Shown: one piece after another, positions 25,201 through 37,364 of the stretch
Numbering within the stretch: position 1 is the first letter of the stretch
Layout: each line of letters starts with the position of its first letter
From: Glycera tridactyla
Lineage: Eukaryota
DNA: 64,000 bases
Direction of reading: 5' to 3'
Assembly: GCA_965644265.1 (NCBI GenBank)
Contig: OZ286465.1
Coordinates: forward strand, 51,212,001-51,276,000
Translations under genes and position numbers: made by a program
The notes under the pieces: model-generated
What the model was told of the DNA's origin: nothing
The model's database searches: none
What the model saw: only the letters and a program-made list of their open reading frames with translations

Positions 25201-28200
25201 AGAAACCCATTCTGAAAACAAATGATGCGAGAGGCAACCAGGATTGATGTAACATGCAAAGCAGCAACCTGAGTCATCGCATCACCTGCAAACATGATGG
25301 ACACAAATATATAGCTCAGACGACGAATGACCTCATGTACAGGTTCCAGGGCAAATCCTGATGTATGGAATTCCAATCCAAATATCTCAAATATTTACCG
25401 CCGCACAGATTCAAGCAGGACATTTTAAAGTCATATATGTCAACCCGGATTCCCCAACCACTCAAATGCTTAGACTTTGAATAGAATTCAACTGGATACA
25501 CCGAACCAAAATAATAAGGTCAATGAATCGAGTTATCGATCATAAATTCACACCAATTGATCAGAGTTGATGAGTGGATTGTGATTTTATTTTACTGTAC
25601 GATACTGTAGTTATATAATAAAACACCAGTGTTGCAGTACCATCTAGTCATATCCATCACAACCATGATATGTGGGGTTATTCACATATATGTGATCACA
25701 GTATGTGATTGATTGCTTGATTGGGACTGTATGGCCTTCATGAATTATTCATTCGCTGCCTTCCTGTTTTATGGAAGCTCGATGTTCTGTCCCCTGCAGA
25801 CGTTGCTTTTACAGATTCATTTTTATGAGTAGGACACTAGTGTGTGTGTGTTAGGAGGGGGTAGTTATACCTGAGCTAGATCGAACTTGAGCACTTCTTT
25901 CATGTATGCTGGTTGGTTAGTGAGTAGAGTATAGCCTCCCCAGTTATTGCAGGTGTGAGCTACGAGTATGGCCCAGACAGGACCGGACTTCAGAATGGAC
26001 AGCCATGGTATTGGTGTTCTCTACAACAATGAAGATGACGCATGGTACAAAAAGAATGCTCTAACAGGGATCCTCCAATACTCAAAACTTTCTCCATTCA
26101 ATGTAGATCATATTTGACAAGTGAAAATTTCAAGATAAATTTTCTCGCGCACCGGCCATGCTTGTGCCCTGTGCCATCTAGTCAGTCATATGTAGAGCCA
26201 CCTATGCTGATAAAGTATCACTACCTCCAATGTGAGTCAGTGTAGGACATATAGCAAATACTGATAAGGTAAACTTACATCGGTAGATGTTGTGGTGACT
26301 GTAGTGCCAATGCTCTCTATGATGTATTCTTTCTCTGACTCTGCTATTCTTGGATGCTCAGCCGGAGTATTGAACACCAAAACATACCATGCAATCAACC
26401 AGAGACCGCTCAATCCTCCTGACAATGTAACATGCATATATTGAGTTTAGTGAATGTTCTTCCTAATACACCATACTTTCCCAGCATTCATGGATGGTTT
26501 ATGGCCTATCTTCCTATAAATTCACGAAAATTGCTGATTGAAGGATTTACAATATATTTGTAGATGGACATGCATCCATCATAGCTCAGAATTGTATTTG
26601 AATGTGGAATAGTAGGCTCGTGCACCTACCGACGGCTGCAGGTCTGGTTTTTTTTGTTCTTGCAAGCCAAATGCATGGTGACGGGAGAGGGGGCGCTATG
26701 TTAATGTTGATACCATTAACAATTTCTGCACATGCAAAAATCGTGAATTATAAGACCGGTCTGGTGGGAGGAACTTATCGGAGGAACTATGTAGGCATTA
26801 TCACCAACGTTGAATGAATGAAGCTGGAAGATGGTTGATACATGACCTAGTCTATTCTTCAGACTCAGCAACCAATCTTGTGAAAAACAACACTCAATTG
26901 GTCCGGGAGGAAGAATGACCATCTTCCAAGCCACGATGGGTGAAAAAGAATATGAAACCATTATCTGCACACACCCACACACTCACAGCTTGTGAGAGTG
27001 GGAGTGAGGGTTAGACTATTTTTTTTTTGCATAATAATGTTGTACAGCAATTACAAGGGACCACTTGAAGTTATATTACATGTTTATTCAAGCCAAAACT
27101 AAATACCATATACAAATCGCCGAAGGAAAGTTCAAACGAAATCAAAATGAGTGACTCATTTCCAAGTGACTGAGATAGTCAAGCAAAAATAGTGAATGCA
27201 TAATTACGAGATGCTAGTACATATAGTCTATGAAGCTTGGAGTTGATAATTACCCAAAGTTAAATATGATTGTCTAGATGCAGACTTCATGACACTGAAA
27301 CCACTTTAATGCTCTCATTATGCGGAGGCAGAGCTCATCTGATGCCTGGTGGATACCTGATGGTGCGGGAAACTCTGACAATTGTTTCTTAAAAGAATTC
27401 CAGGTTCACTAGCTTATGCTATAGTGCAAGTGTCCAGCATAATCCCCACTACTTCAGGCAGCTCCAAGAGTGTTACCATGGCAGTGAAGGTCACGAGTGT
27501 AGCATTTGTCTGACTCTCTTTCCCGATTACTATATCGTAGGGGTTTCTATTGAAGATCTACTACTAAGCGCAAAGTACCATAGGCAGAGCTGAATCCATT
27601 TCTTAAGATATATATATATATATATGTATATGTCTTAAGATATATATGTGTATGTCCATGAGCCAAAATGAATGTGACAATGTTGCATGCAGCTTCTCCC
27701 TATATTTTTTTCTGGAATGACACCCTGCTTCCAAAATGTATGCAGTCAAGACCGTTGCCACAAAGATATTGAATGTCGCCATATCACTCTAGGTTACAAG
27801 GATGCTTCACTTGACTGGATTGACTCAAATCCATCTCTAGTCCACTTGTTTGTAATTTTCTTCGAGCTTCTGTTTCATGACCTCTATCCCATCAGAATGA
27901 CTACTGATGAGGCATCTGCCTGAGAGTCAGTCAAGTCATATATGGATAACATTCCGGATGTGAAAACTCATATCAAAAAGCTTATCATGTGAGTACTTAC
28001 CAAATAGGTAGAAGATTGTTGGCCAACCACCATCTAAATTCACCGAGCAGAGTACCCCGGATAGAGATAAGGTTATGATATTACCCAAGTTGGTTCCTGT
28101 TGTAGACAAAGTAATAGAGTGGTCAGGAATCAGTATTCGACACAAAGCCATGCATGTTCGAGCTAATGTTTGTTGGCATACATGCACTTACACGTAATTT

Positions 28201-31200
28201 TATTGTTATCATCGCCGCCGTCAGTATTCACAAAATGAGTGCTTCACTTTCTCGATACTCGAGCAAGAGGAAGATCATGCATATCGATCCATATCCAAAA
28301 GGAATACTGCCGTTGAAAGAAGTTATACCAGTATATGCAGGCTGCCTATCTCTACTGTGAGACAGATAACCATCGGCTTACCAGCGTATGTGAAAGTGGA
28401 CAGCTTGCTCCTCTCGAGAGGGGGCGACCACTTGCCCAACAAGGAGTTCATCGATGGAAAGGAGACACTCTGCATAACAGAGAAGCCAGGCAGTCTTAGA
28501 TCTGCAGGAAATAGGCCCTTCACTTACTTTACACACAATAGCTACTGCACTAATGTCATACAATGGATCCTGCATTAACATCACACAGAGTAGGTCCTGC
28601 ACCAATGTCACACAATGGTTCCTTAGATTACGTCGTATACAATAGTTTTTACAACCCATGGACCCGTCACATCAAGTTGTTACATGCTGTTTAATCCTAA
28701 CCAAACAAAGACCATCACTGACATTTCTTTCATCACACAAACATATTGCGCCAATGATTGTGTATCTCATCACTACCAAGCATGCACAGGCATTCACAAA
28801 TAAATAGAACCAATTTTGCTATTAAGACCACTGTTTGCTTTTGAAAGAATTGGAATATCTGAATTCGAATACTTTCATTGTATTATATGTTCTCTGTCAT
28901 TACTATTTCATATATGAGAAGACAGGGTGTTCTCTGACCATAGATTTCATTGATTCGGCATGATTACCTAATGGATACTTACAGTACCAACTCCAATCAG
29001 AACACGGAGGGCAATGAGGGCTGCATAATGAGTGCGGGCAGCGAGTGGTGAAAGGAGAGTGGCAATGGTGGTGAGCAGCATGCCTGCACCAAACACGTGC
29101 TTGCCACCATAACGACATGCCAATAAACCCGACGGAATCTGCGTCACCATGTAGCCATAGAAAAATGCACTCAACAAGTGGCCTTGTACTGTTTTGTCCC
29201 ACTCCAACTCACCCTGTAAGGAAAATAAATTCCAAGATGACATGCAACAGAACGTTTCATGAAATATCTTGCTGACAATTTAGAAAGACCTAGAAGAAAC
29301 TGCAATCAGTTTATGTGCTTCCAAGTGCATGTGACTCATATCATGGAGAAAAAAGGAAGGACTCCATGGATCAATTGATCATTATATACATACTTCAAAA
29401 CCATACAATGACATCATGGCTTCCAATGCATTCAAGTGATCAGAGGTGGAATGGGCCTTAAGTTATGTGACCATGTTGATCCATTCACATACTATAATTT
29501 CCTGGCGATGGCCACCTGATACATATGCTGCCCCGAAAGAATGTCAATATAATTTTTATCTACATTATTCATTTATAAAATGCAACCGTCAACAAAGTCA
29601 GTGTCATGCAAACAGACTTCAAATACATATCGGTTGGTCTGTGCTTTGCCTGCATGTGTGTGTGTGTCTGTGTGTGGGATTGTGTGTATGTGTGTGTTGT
29701 CTCATATAAATGTGGGTATTCCTCTCAAGATAGATATCTTTTGTAAACTATGTGAACTGTGAACCAGTTTATATTGATGTAAACTGTGTATACCAATAAA
29801 TGTCATGTAAGCCAAACTCATATCTATAGCCATTCCTTCAATCATCATCAGGAAGAACCATATGGAAGGCACTGGTCAGGAAAAGAGAAGAGAGACTCTG
29901 TGCGGGTCACTGAACGAATGCTTCTCACTGTGCCAATACAGCTATTTCAGATGCTGGTAGAGATGTGACCTGGCAGTTGATGCAAAATAGTGCCCAGTCT
30001 GTTTCAGCTTCGTTTCAATTCCACCCTCAAAAAAGTTTATCCAAAATCAGATAGAGACTTTCCAAGTAGTCATAACATTTCATGCTGGATGGATGGACCC
30101 CCGTTCCTACCTCATACTTGGGTGAGTCATTCTCGTCAATATTTCCACCACAGCCATCATCAGGTGTTGGACCTATAGTTGCATTCACTGTCTGAGAGAT
30201 ATTGGTGTCTGGATCCTTCACCATGCACACAATTGCCATGCTCAAGTTTATGCGCGTTGCATACACACAACCAAAACCAAGAATTCCAATGTAGGCCAAA
30301 ATCCATCGCGCTGAGCAAAGTGTTGGTACTGAAAGAGACCAAACCATATAAGCATTCAATGGATACATTCATAAATCAGGCACAGGTGGTACCATGGAAT
30401 GACTAGATACATGGAAAAGGGGCCACCTGATAAGCTATATATTGGAAAAATGATATTTATTAAGGGAGAGAGTGGGGTATCTGGTTTCTAAGGGAGACCT
30501 GAATCTTTCTACTATCAATGAATCTGGTAGGATTTATGTTCAGTGAAGCAGTGTGATTTTTCCATAATTCAATTGCGTTCAATCATTGCATTTTATCTGC
30601 ATAGTAATGATCACAGCAATGCCAATATAATTGGTTAAGTATATCACGCGAAAAAAATTGAGTTTTTGCCTGGAAACTAGGGACAGGTGAAAGTTGACTC
30701 CGGCTTATAATTTCATAATGACCAGGAAGTATTGTTCTGTAAGGCAGTATTGGACAAGGTGAATATACCCACAGATGAATTGTTCCAGAAGCAAGACATT
30801 AGTACCCATGGTGGAGCAGGAGGAAATGGTGGTGGCAGATCCTGTCGGTGATGGTGAACCATGGTGGTTGTGGTGGAGTTGGGCCATCATACCAGTGCAG
30901 AAGATGATATTCGTAATGTTGTGATTGTGGTCCTGTCTCCTGATAGTTGGTGTTGTTAACCTATCTCCCTGATGGCCTTCTTTCACATGTATTAGTAATC
31001 GGCTCAAAAGATTATCCTACCATGGAAGTGCACTCAATAAAAGAATATATAATTCCTCAGCAGAAAATAGAACTAGAAGGGTGGGGGTATGTCGTATGTA
31101 AGAATGGCGTTTCTCTCTACACAATCTCTCATTTTATCAGAAGGGTCCTAAGGTGATATGGGCAGTTACATTGGAGAGAGTGAGGATTAGAAGGGATTAA

Positions 31201-32927
31201 GAGGGCGTGAACGCCAGTCAGTGGAGATTAGCGGAAGATAAGAAACACTTCTTCATAATGCTTGTACATGACCGCACAACCACAAGTGCAGCATCGTCTA
31301 CACCAAAATGTTCATGCTTCCATATACATTTGTATCATTGATGATGCAACATCTGCCTTTAGCCAAGTACCCATTGACACCTGGGTGAAGTGGAGTGGTG
31401 TAGTACAGAGATTCAATTCAGCTATTAGCGAGTAATGCAGATAATATGGATCTGTGTATTGTTGCAGATCCCGTATGTAATGATTAATCTTGTCCATTTT
31501 GGTCACCTATCTCAGAAGGAAGCCCTGCTCACTGTTGTAAAGAGTGCTGCTCAGCTGAGAACCGGAGTGTCTACACTTTTCTCTCCACAAGGAGATCTCC
31601 ACAATGGTAATATGTTGAAAACTTCACCACAACCCAAATACTGAATATCACATAATGCTTCCAAAATGAGTTCTACGAATCAGACGTGCCCATGACTATC
31701 GTAATCGTTCTCTATGCCACGCCCCCCCCCCCTCGACAAAGAACCAACCCTCTGTTAATTGATTTAGGGAATCAGTTTCGCCAGATTGAATGTTCATCGT
31801 TCCAATAACCTACTGTCCATGTCGGAATATACCTACATAATCGAAACCAGAGCACTTGACATTAACGGCAACTTTGTTGGATGATTATATAACAATAGAA
31901 TGATCAGCCTGGATGCGATATTAACAGGGGAAATGGTTCTATGAAACTGGATACCAGCTTAGTTACTTATACTTGCACCAATTGTTTAAGAATATGGAAT
32001 AATGCTTGACTTGTCACTAAACGTGGCAACAAAAATGCCTCTTGATCCTGGGGAACGAGATACATGATGTTCATTCTCTAGAAAATCTGGGCATCGTCTC
32101 ACTTCGGGATATGAATATTGAAACCATGTGGACAATGTCATCACAAGAATGCGAAGCTCATCTATGTTTTCAAGCCAACTACAGCAATCGATCGAAACAC
32201 CGACATAAGAGACGGCCCAAAGAATCGGCAAATCGGATATGGGTCGATCAGATCAATCATTGTCTGTCTGATATATGCTATCAGACAAAATCCACAAGAT
32301 TAGAACGTGACAAGAGACTACAATGGCCCATATACTCTATCGTTCAAAATAGATGTTCTATCTGTTGATCTGATGATATTTGTGACCTGCATTCCCCATA
32401 TGAGTATGCTAACTTTCAACAAAGTTAGAGGCGATAACGTACGTTGCAGCATCATAATTAGTCTCGACATCGATTGGACCAAAATCCGAGCGAGATTATA
32501 TGATTGCTAATCCCTATTTCAGTCAGTGTCCTTCAGCTAATGTTCATAAACAAACGTATGCTCAGCAGTCAACCTTGACATACAGANNNNNNNNNNNNNN
32601 NNNNNNNNNNNNNNNNNNNNNNNNNNNNNNNNNNNNNNNNNNNNNNNNNNNNNNNNNNNNNNNNNNNNNNNNNNNNNNNNNNNNNNNNNNNNNNNNNNNN
32701 NNNNNNNNNNNNNNNNNNNNNNNNNNNNNNNNNNNNNNNNNNNNNNNNNNNNNNNNNNNNNNNNNNNNNNNNNNNNNNNNNNNNNNNNNNNNNNNAATTT
32801 CTCAAATGCGAAATGCATTCATTCCGAATATCAGTGCAAATAACAGGCATGTGAGGAACTCGATAAATGTGCTGTATATCAGAATGCATTACTTACCCTT
32901 TTCCTCGCCGAGGCGTGACTTGGCCAT
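22297..32927 (-). CDS. SLC17A5: SLC17 family (sialin-like) MFS anion transporter, copy 1, ~513 aa
   Basis: 11 phase-consistent exons: 32927-32897, 30328-30111, 29213-28983, 28469-28382, 28096-28001, 26418-26279, 26020-25871, 25211-25079, 23912-23762, 23015-22925, 22509-22297 (1542 nt, TGA). Motifs: MAKSRLGEEKVPTLCSARW, YATRINLSMAIVCMV, GKWSPPLERSKL, GWPTIFY, NTPAEHPRI, IPWLSIL, NHVDIAPRFAGVL, SGELQPWA. The symbol means sialin-like only. Confidence 0.92.
24430..24836. mobile_element. Intronic insertion with 12-bp inverted repeats and a 117-nt GC-rich palindrome (HINE/Helentron-like or foldback MITE)
   Basis: ttatcatccgat (24430-24441) and atcggatgataa (24688-24699) are exact inverted repeats. 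An imperfect hairpin spans 24720-24836 with loop tgc. The block is absent from the homologous intron of copy 2 (~47160-47240). Confidence 0.5.
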
Positions 32928-33887
32928 GCTTGTAGTAGCATGAATGATGAGCAGATCTATACTGTTGACACCCAGGCTACAAGTGATGCGTCAGTGAAAA
33001 CACCAGGTCTCGACCTCTCCATATCGCTAACATGGTCTTATCTTATTTTGATGATCAGAGATAGAGGGGAANNNNNNNNNNNNNNNNNNNNNNNNNNNNN
33101 NNNNNNNNNNNNNNNNNNNNNNNNNNNNNNNNNNNNNNNNNNNNNNNNNNNNNNNNNNNNNNNNNNNNNNNNNNNNNNNNNNNNNNNNNNNNNNNNNNNN
33201 NNNNNNNNNNNNNNNNNNNNNNNNNNNNNNNNNNNNNNNNNNNNNNNNNACACATCGTTGAAGCAACTTCTCATACCACATGCCTACCAAGCCTTCGAAG
33301 ATAGTAATGACGAGTACCCAATTTTAGATTCATGGTGAGCGAAAAAGAAGTCGATATTTCAAAGCTTTCCGAAGCTCGTGCAATGCGTTGGCTGATACAT
33401 CATGATGCCTGCCTTCCAAATCAGTGGGCAAGTATTTGGACCTGTTTCATTTTTTTCCTTTTCGGGCCTTGGGAGAATTCCCATACTGGTCGAAGGGATG
33501 TCATCAGGAATATATCAGAATGAATGAAATACCACAAAGTGTGATCGAATTTATCAGGCCAAGTAAATGGGGTTTCCTGATACGTAAATGGGGTTTCCTG
33601 ACACGAACATAGATATCAACATGGAGAAGATACATCATAGTATGTCAGTAGGCAGGGGAGTAGCTGCCGTCACGAGCTCGCGTGACGAGCCATGTGTGAA
33701 GGGGACTGTTATCAGTTGGGAGATCGTTATCATGATCATCATTATCATTACATGTCCGGAGTCCTGACCAGTTGAACCCCTAAGTACCACTGGCATGTAC
33801 ACTTCGAACAACAAATACAACAACAACAAAGACAACTACCACTTCAACTACCTCTTCTATCACTCTTATAAATGTGTCATATATATC

Positions 33888-33892
<5 letters not shown>

Positions 33893-33940
<48 letters not shown>
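33893..33940. repeat. (TA)n microsatellite, target site of the PLE
   Basis: TA run abuts the pLTR. A further A/TA run follows the other end at ~41108-41133. Confidence 0.9.
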
Positions 33941-33943
33941 TTT

Positions 33944-34614
33944 GTAGACGTGGCTAAGCACGTCTGCTCCCGTCCAAGGTGAGACTCGGAATGACCGGTT
34001 GTTTACAACCGCCGTGAATGACGTCACACCGAGATGCGTCACTAGGTGTCACTAGGTGTCACTATAGTGACATCTGTGGGAACCAAGTGGATGCATTCCT
34101 TTGTGACATCACAGGAGTGGGATCTCCCTGCTGGGATCCCACTTCTGTTGTATCAATTACTGGATGCAGTGCTTTGATACCATCCCGAGTTTCGGCCATA
34201 TGGGCCTCATCAGTCACCAAAAATTAATTTTGAAGAGAAGGGAGGTCTATAATTAGATTCCCTATTTCTTCGATGTGGGTGGTGGGTATCTCTTATGTTA
34301 GTATTTGAGAACCATTATAGAAGGAAATGTGATCATTTTCTCTTTGTTTCACTAAACCAAAGATTTGGCCAGTAGAAAATTGTTTATTTCTGTAGTGTGC
34401 TGGGTGGTATAAAATTTCAGGGTTGAAATCTCATATCTCTCCATCACTGTTTCTAAGATCCCGAGGGGTCTTTGAAACATTCACGGCGGTTGGGAGGTTG
34501 GAAGCCCAGTCCCTGTTTAGAGGGACTGGGTCTCCTTAGGATATATATACACCAAGACAAGTAGTGCCATGATTCAGGGTCGCCATAAATAAGGAATTGG
34601 GTTGACGAGGCTAA
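33944..34614 (-). repeat. PLE pseudo-LTR (3' copy, 671 bp)
   Basis: gtagacgtggctaag...gttgacgaggctaa. Matches 40445-41107 except ~3 substitutions and indels of 4, 5 and 17 nt. Confidence 0.93.
34172..34222 (-). ncRNA. Type I hammerhead ribozyme candidate in pLTR
   Basis: Minus strand: UUUUGGUGA-CUGAUGA-GGCC(CAUAU)GGCC-GAAA-CU(CGGGAU)G-GUA-UCAAAG. Full core, 4-bp stem II, minimal stem III, GUA triplet, bulged stem I. Confidence 0.7.
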
Positions 34615-34749
34615 GGCGGCTCTGGGCATGGTGTGTCTACTTGTCCCTGTTGAAATTTCAAGTGGTGGCATATATTGCAGGTTATTCCTTTGAAAATCAC
34701 ATATTTTGAATATTTGATTTTCAATTCTGGGTAGGACATTTCACCTGGG

Positions 34750-35589
34750 TTAAAATTTATTATTTTCCCTGTAAAATTTCCAGTTTCTACAGCCCACCTC
34801 AAGTGGGCTGCGGTCCTTGGTATTTAAACCAAATGGTAGCATTGTTCTGAGTCTCTGGATCCAGTTGAATTCAATCTGGAGTCTCAGTGTTAATGCATAC
34901 TGGGTTTTTGGGGTTGTATATATGAAGTCCAGAATTGTGATCTTCATATCAGTCAGTCCCTTGTGGTCCCTTGACAAGAAATGTCGGCTGACATCCTCCT
35001 TCAGGTTTTTCCGGTGGATGTTTCCTGAATGGGCTCCAAATCTCTCATGCAGAGTGTTTCCGGTTTGTCCTATGTACTGGATATTGCAAACATTACACGG
35101 GATGCAGTATATAATGTTGCTACTCTGACATGTGACGTTTTGTTTGCAAGTGTATTCTCTGCCGGTTTGTGAACTTTTCAATTTTCCTGACAAGTTCAAT
35201 AATGGGCAGAATCTACATCTTTGGTATGTGCATTTATTTTGATGTTTGCTGCACGGGTGCTTGACATTGTTTGTAGCCCTTTTCTGAGGTAACGTGGCTC
35301 TAACAAGGGAGTCTAGCAAATTTTGTGGGCGGCGATGGGCAAAGGTCACCTTTGATTCAGCAAGTACCTTTGTGGCGGTTGATCTCTTCAAGAGGTCCCA
35401 ATGCTTTTCGACCATTTTTCTCAGGCCATTAAATTCAGGATTGAAAGTGGTTATGAGAAAGATCGATTCCTCAGATTTTTCCTCGTTGTCATTTTTCATA
35501 CGTTCCTCCTGTTGTTTCAACAGGTCCTCCCTACTGTGTTTTGAGGCCTTAATGATGGCCTCAATCAAAATCTGGATGGGGTATTGCCG
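34750..35589 (-). CDS. PLE thumb/linker + Zn-finger + GIY-YIG endonuclease (in-frame continuation of RT past a TGA)
   Basis: FLITTFNP, CSKHQNKCTYQRCRFC, NVTCQSSNIIYCIPCNVCNIQYIGQTGNTLHERFGAH, VSRHF, LRLQIEFNWIQRLRTMLPFGLN. Same frame as the RT: HLL-TGA-RQYP. Confidence 0.88.
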   Translation of the reverse strand, partial: RQYPIQILIEAIIKASKHSREDLLKQQEERMKNDNEEKSEESIFLITTFNPEFNGLRKMVEKHWDLLKRSTATKVLAESKVTFAHRRPQNLLDSLVRATLPQKRATNNVKHPCSKHQNKCTYQRCRFCPLLNLSGKLKSSQTGREYTCKQNVTCQSSNIIYCIPCNVCNIQYIGQTGNTLHERFGAHSGNIHRKNLKEDVSRHFLSRDHKGLTDMKITILDFIYTTPKTQYALTLRLQIEFNWIQRLRTMLPFGLNTKDRSPLEVGCRNWKFYRENNKF

Positions 35590-37326
35590 TCATAGTAAAT
35601 GGCAACAGAGAGTTAGTGCATGTTTCAGATAGTCAGGCTGTCTTGAACAGATTCGCTTTATCCGTAGCATCTGGCTGTAAGGGATACTGCGTTTCATGTG
35701 AGTTGGGTGTGCTGATCTGAAGTGGAGGTATGAGTGACTGTCAGTAGGTTTACTATATAGGTCAGTCCACAGATGTTCCTCCCTGTCTAAATGTAATGTG
35801 GTGTCCAGAAAATTCACTGAGTGGGTGGAGGCTTCCATAATGAATTTGATTGAATCATGACATTCATTTAGATGTTTTTCGAATTCTAAGAGACTATCGT
35901 GTCCGTGTGTCCAGACCATGATAATGTCATCAAGAAATCGTTTGTAAAATATGGGTTGTTTGTGGTATGGGTAGACAAACTTATCCTCAAAAGTTGCCAT
36001 GAAGATGTTTGCCAAGCTCGGTGCTACTCTTGTTCCCATTGCCGTTCCACCCACTTGCAAATAGTTTTCATCATCGAATTGAAAATTATTGCATTTTAAT
36101 GTAAGTTCTAGAAGGTCACATATACTGTCATTCCTGGGGTTAGCAGTAGTTTTTCTATGTATGTTCAGGAGCTGTCTAACACTGTCAATACCTTCATCGA
36201 TCAGGATGTTAGTGTAAAGACTGGTGACATCCATAGTGACAATCATGGACCCTGCTGGTAATTTCCCCATATTTTCCACCTCTAAAAAGAAATGGCTGGT
36301 ATCTTTCAAGTAGGATTTGATTTTGAACATGTGAGGTTTCAAAAAGAAATCAACAAACTCCGAAATGCTCTCAGTGGGGCATTCGTTTGCAGATACTATG
36401 GGTCTACCAGGTGGTTTGTCAAGTTTTTTGTGAATCTTCGGGAGTAAATAGAATTGTGCTGTGCGGGGTGTTTCTGATACTCGGTATTTCATAGTATTAG
36501 TGCCGATTTCACCCCATCTCTGCAGCTCCTCTACTTTCTCTTTGATTCGGGCATGATGGGATTTAGTCAGGTCTTCCTCAGTTTTCTGGTAGAAGTTACT
36601 GTCAGATAACTGTCGGTTTCCCTCAGCTATGTAATCTTCCCTGTTCATAATTACAAATCTAGATCCCTTGTCCGCCTTCTTTATGACTATGTCCTTGTTT
36701 TCTTTCAGTTCTTTCAATGCTTGCTTTTCACGCAGTTGGAGATTCTGTCGTAAGGGTGAATGAAACTGCATCTCAGCTAATTCGAGCTCATTAACTGAGA
36801 TAAAACAATCAACCATAGTGGGTATATTGTCAGGTGTCCATGTTGACTTTGGACTGAAGGCTGAGTGGTCAAAAGGTCCGCCATGAGGAGGTGTGGATGA
36901 ACTGGTCCAAGGTGTGGGTGTGTTCATTTGTGTTTGTGATGTATTGTCTCCTTTAGGGACCTCTCTGATTTTTGCCCATGCTTCTCCCTTTTCGGTGCTT
37001 TTCCCCCCAAAAAACCTTAGTTTCATCTGTCGGTGGAAAGCATCAAGATCACGTCTCAGCTCAGCCGCGGATGGCTCACCTGGTGTTGGACAGAAGGTGA
37101 GTCCCCTTCGAAGTAGTGAGACATGGTCTTCAGAAAGGGTCAAGTCTGATAGATTCACTACCGCATTATCATTGGCATTCAGATCCTTGATATAATTCTT
37201 GAGTTTGCATGTGAACAATTGTTTCATAGCTAACAAACAAGAAGACATCAGTGATAATGGTTCATCTTTAATGACTGCCCCCAACGTTCTGTTTTGTGCA
37301 TTATCATTGCTATTGTTGATATTCAC
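35590..37326 (-). CDS. PLE reverse transcriptase
   Basis: VVNLS, LLRRGLTFCP, VIKKADKG, FYLLPKIHK..PPGRPIVS, MDVTSLYTNI, GTAMGTRVAPSLANIFM, YKRFLDDII, VNFLD, DLYSKPTDSHSYL. Confidence 0.93.
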   Translation of the reverse strand: MNINNSNDNAQNRTLGAVIKDEPLSLMSSCLLAMKQLFTCKLKNYIKDLNANDNAVVNLSDLTLSEDHVSLLRRGLTFCPTPGEPSAAELRRDLDAFHRQMKLRFFGGKSTEKGEAWAKIREVPKGDNTSQTQMNTPTPWTSSSTPPHGGPFDHSAFSPKSTWTPDNIPTMVDCFISVNELELAEMQFHSPLRQNLQLREKQALKELKENKDIVIKKADKGSRFVIMNREDYIAEGNRQLSDSNFYQKTEEDLTKSHHARIKEKVEELQRWGEIGTNTMKYRVSETPRTAQFYLLPKIHKKLDKPPGRPIVSANECPTESISEFVDFFLKPHMFKIKSYLKDTSHFFLEVENMGKLPAGSMIVTMDVTSLYTNILIDEGIDSVRQLLNIHRKTTANPRNDSICDLLELTLKCNNFQFDDENYLQVGGTAMGTRVAPSLANIFMATFEDKFVYPYHKQPIFYKRFLDDIIMVWTHGHDSLLEFEKHLNECHDSIKFIMEASTHSVNFLDTTLHLDREEHLWTDLYSKPTDSHSYLHFRSAHPTHMKRSIPYSQMLRIKRICSRQPDYLKHALTLCCHLL

Positions 37327-37364
37327 AATGTCATTGGTTGGTGGTAAGTCTATGGTTTCAGCAT

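Noticed and set aside
184-33249. ORF-track entries spanning the N-runs (184-356, 1720-1892, 2794-2951, 5054-5255, 13768-13968, 32587-32795, 33073-33249)
   Set aside because: They are open only because N codons have no stops. The gaps abut simple repeats and are masked or unresolved sequence.
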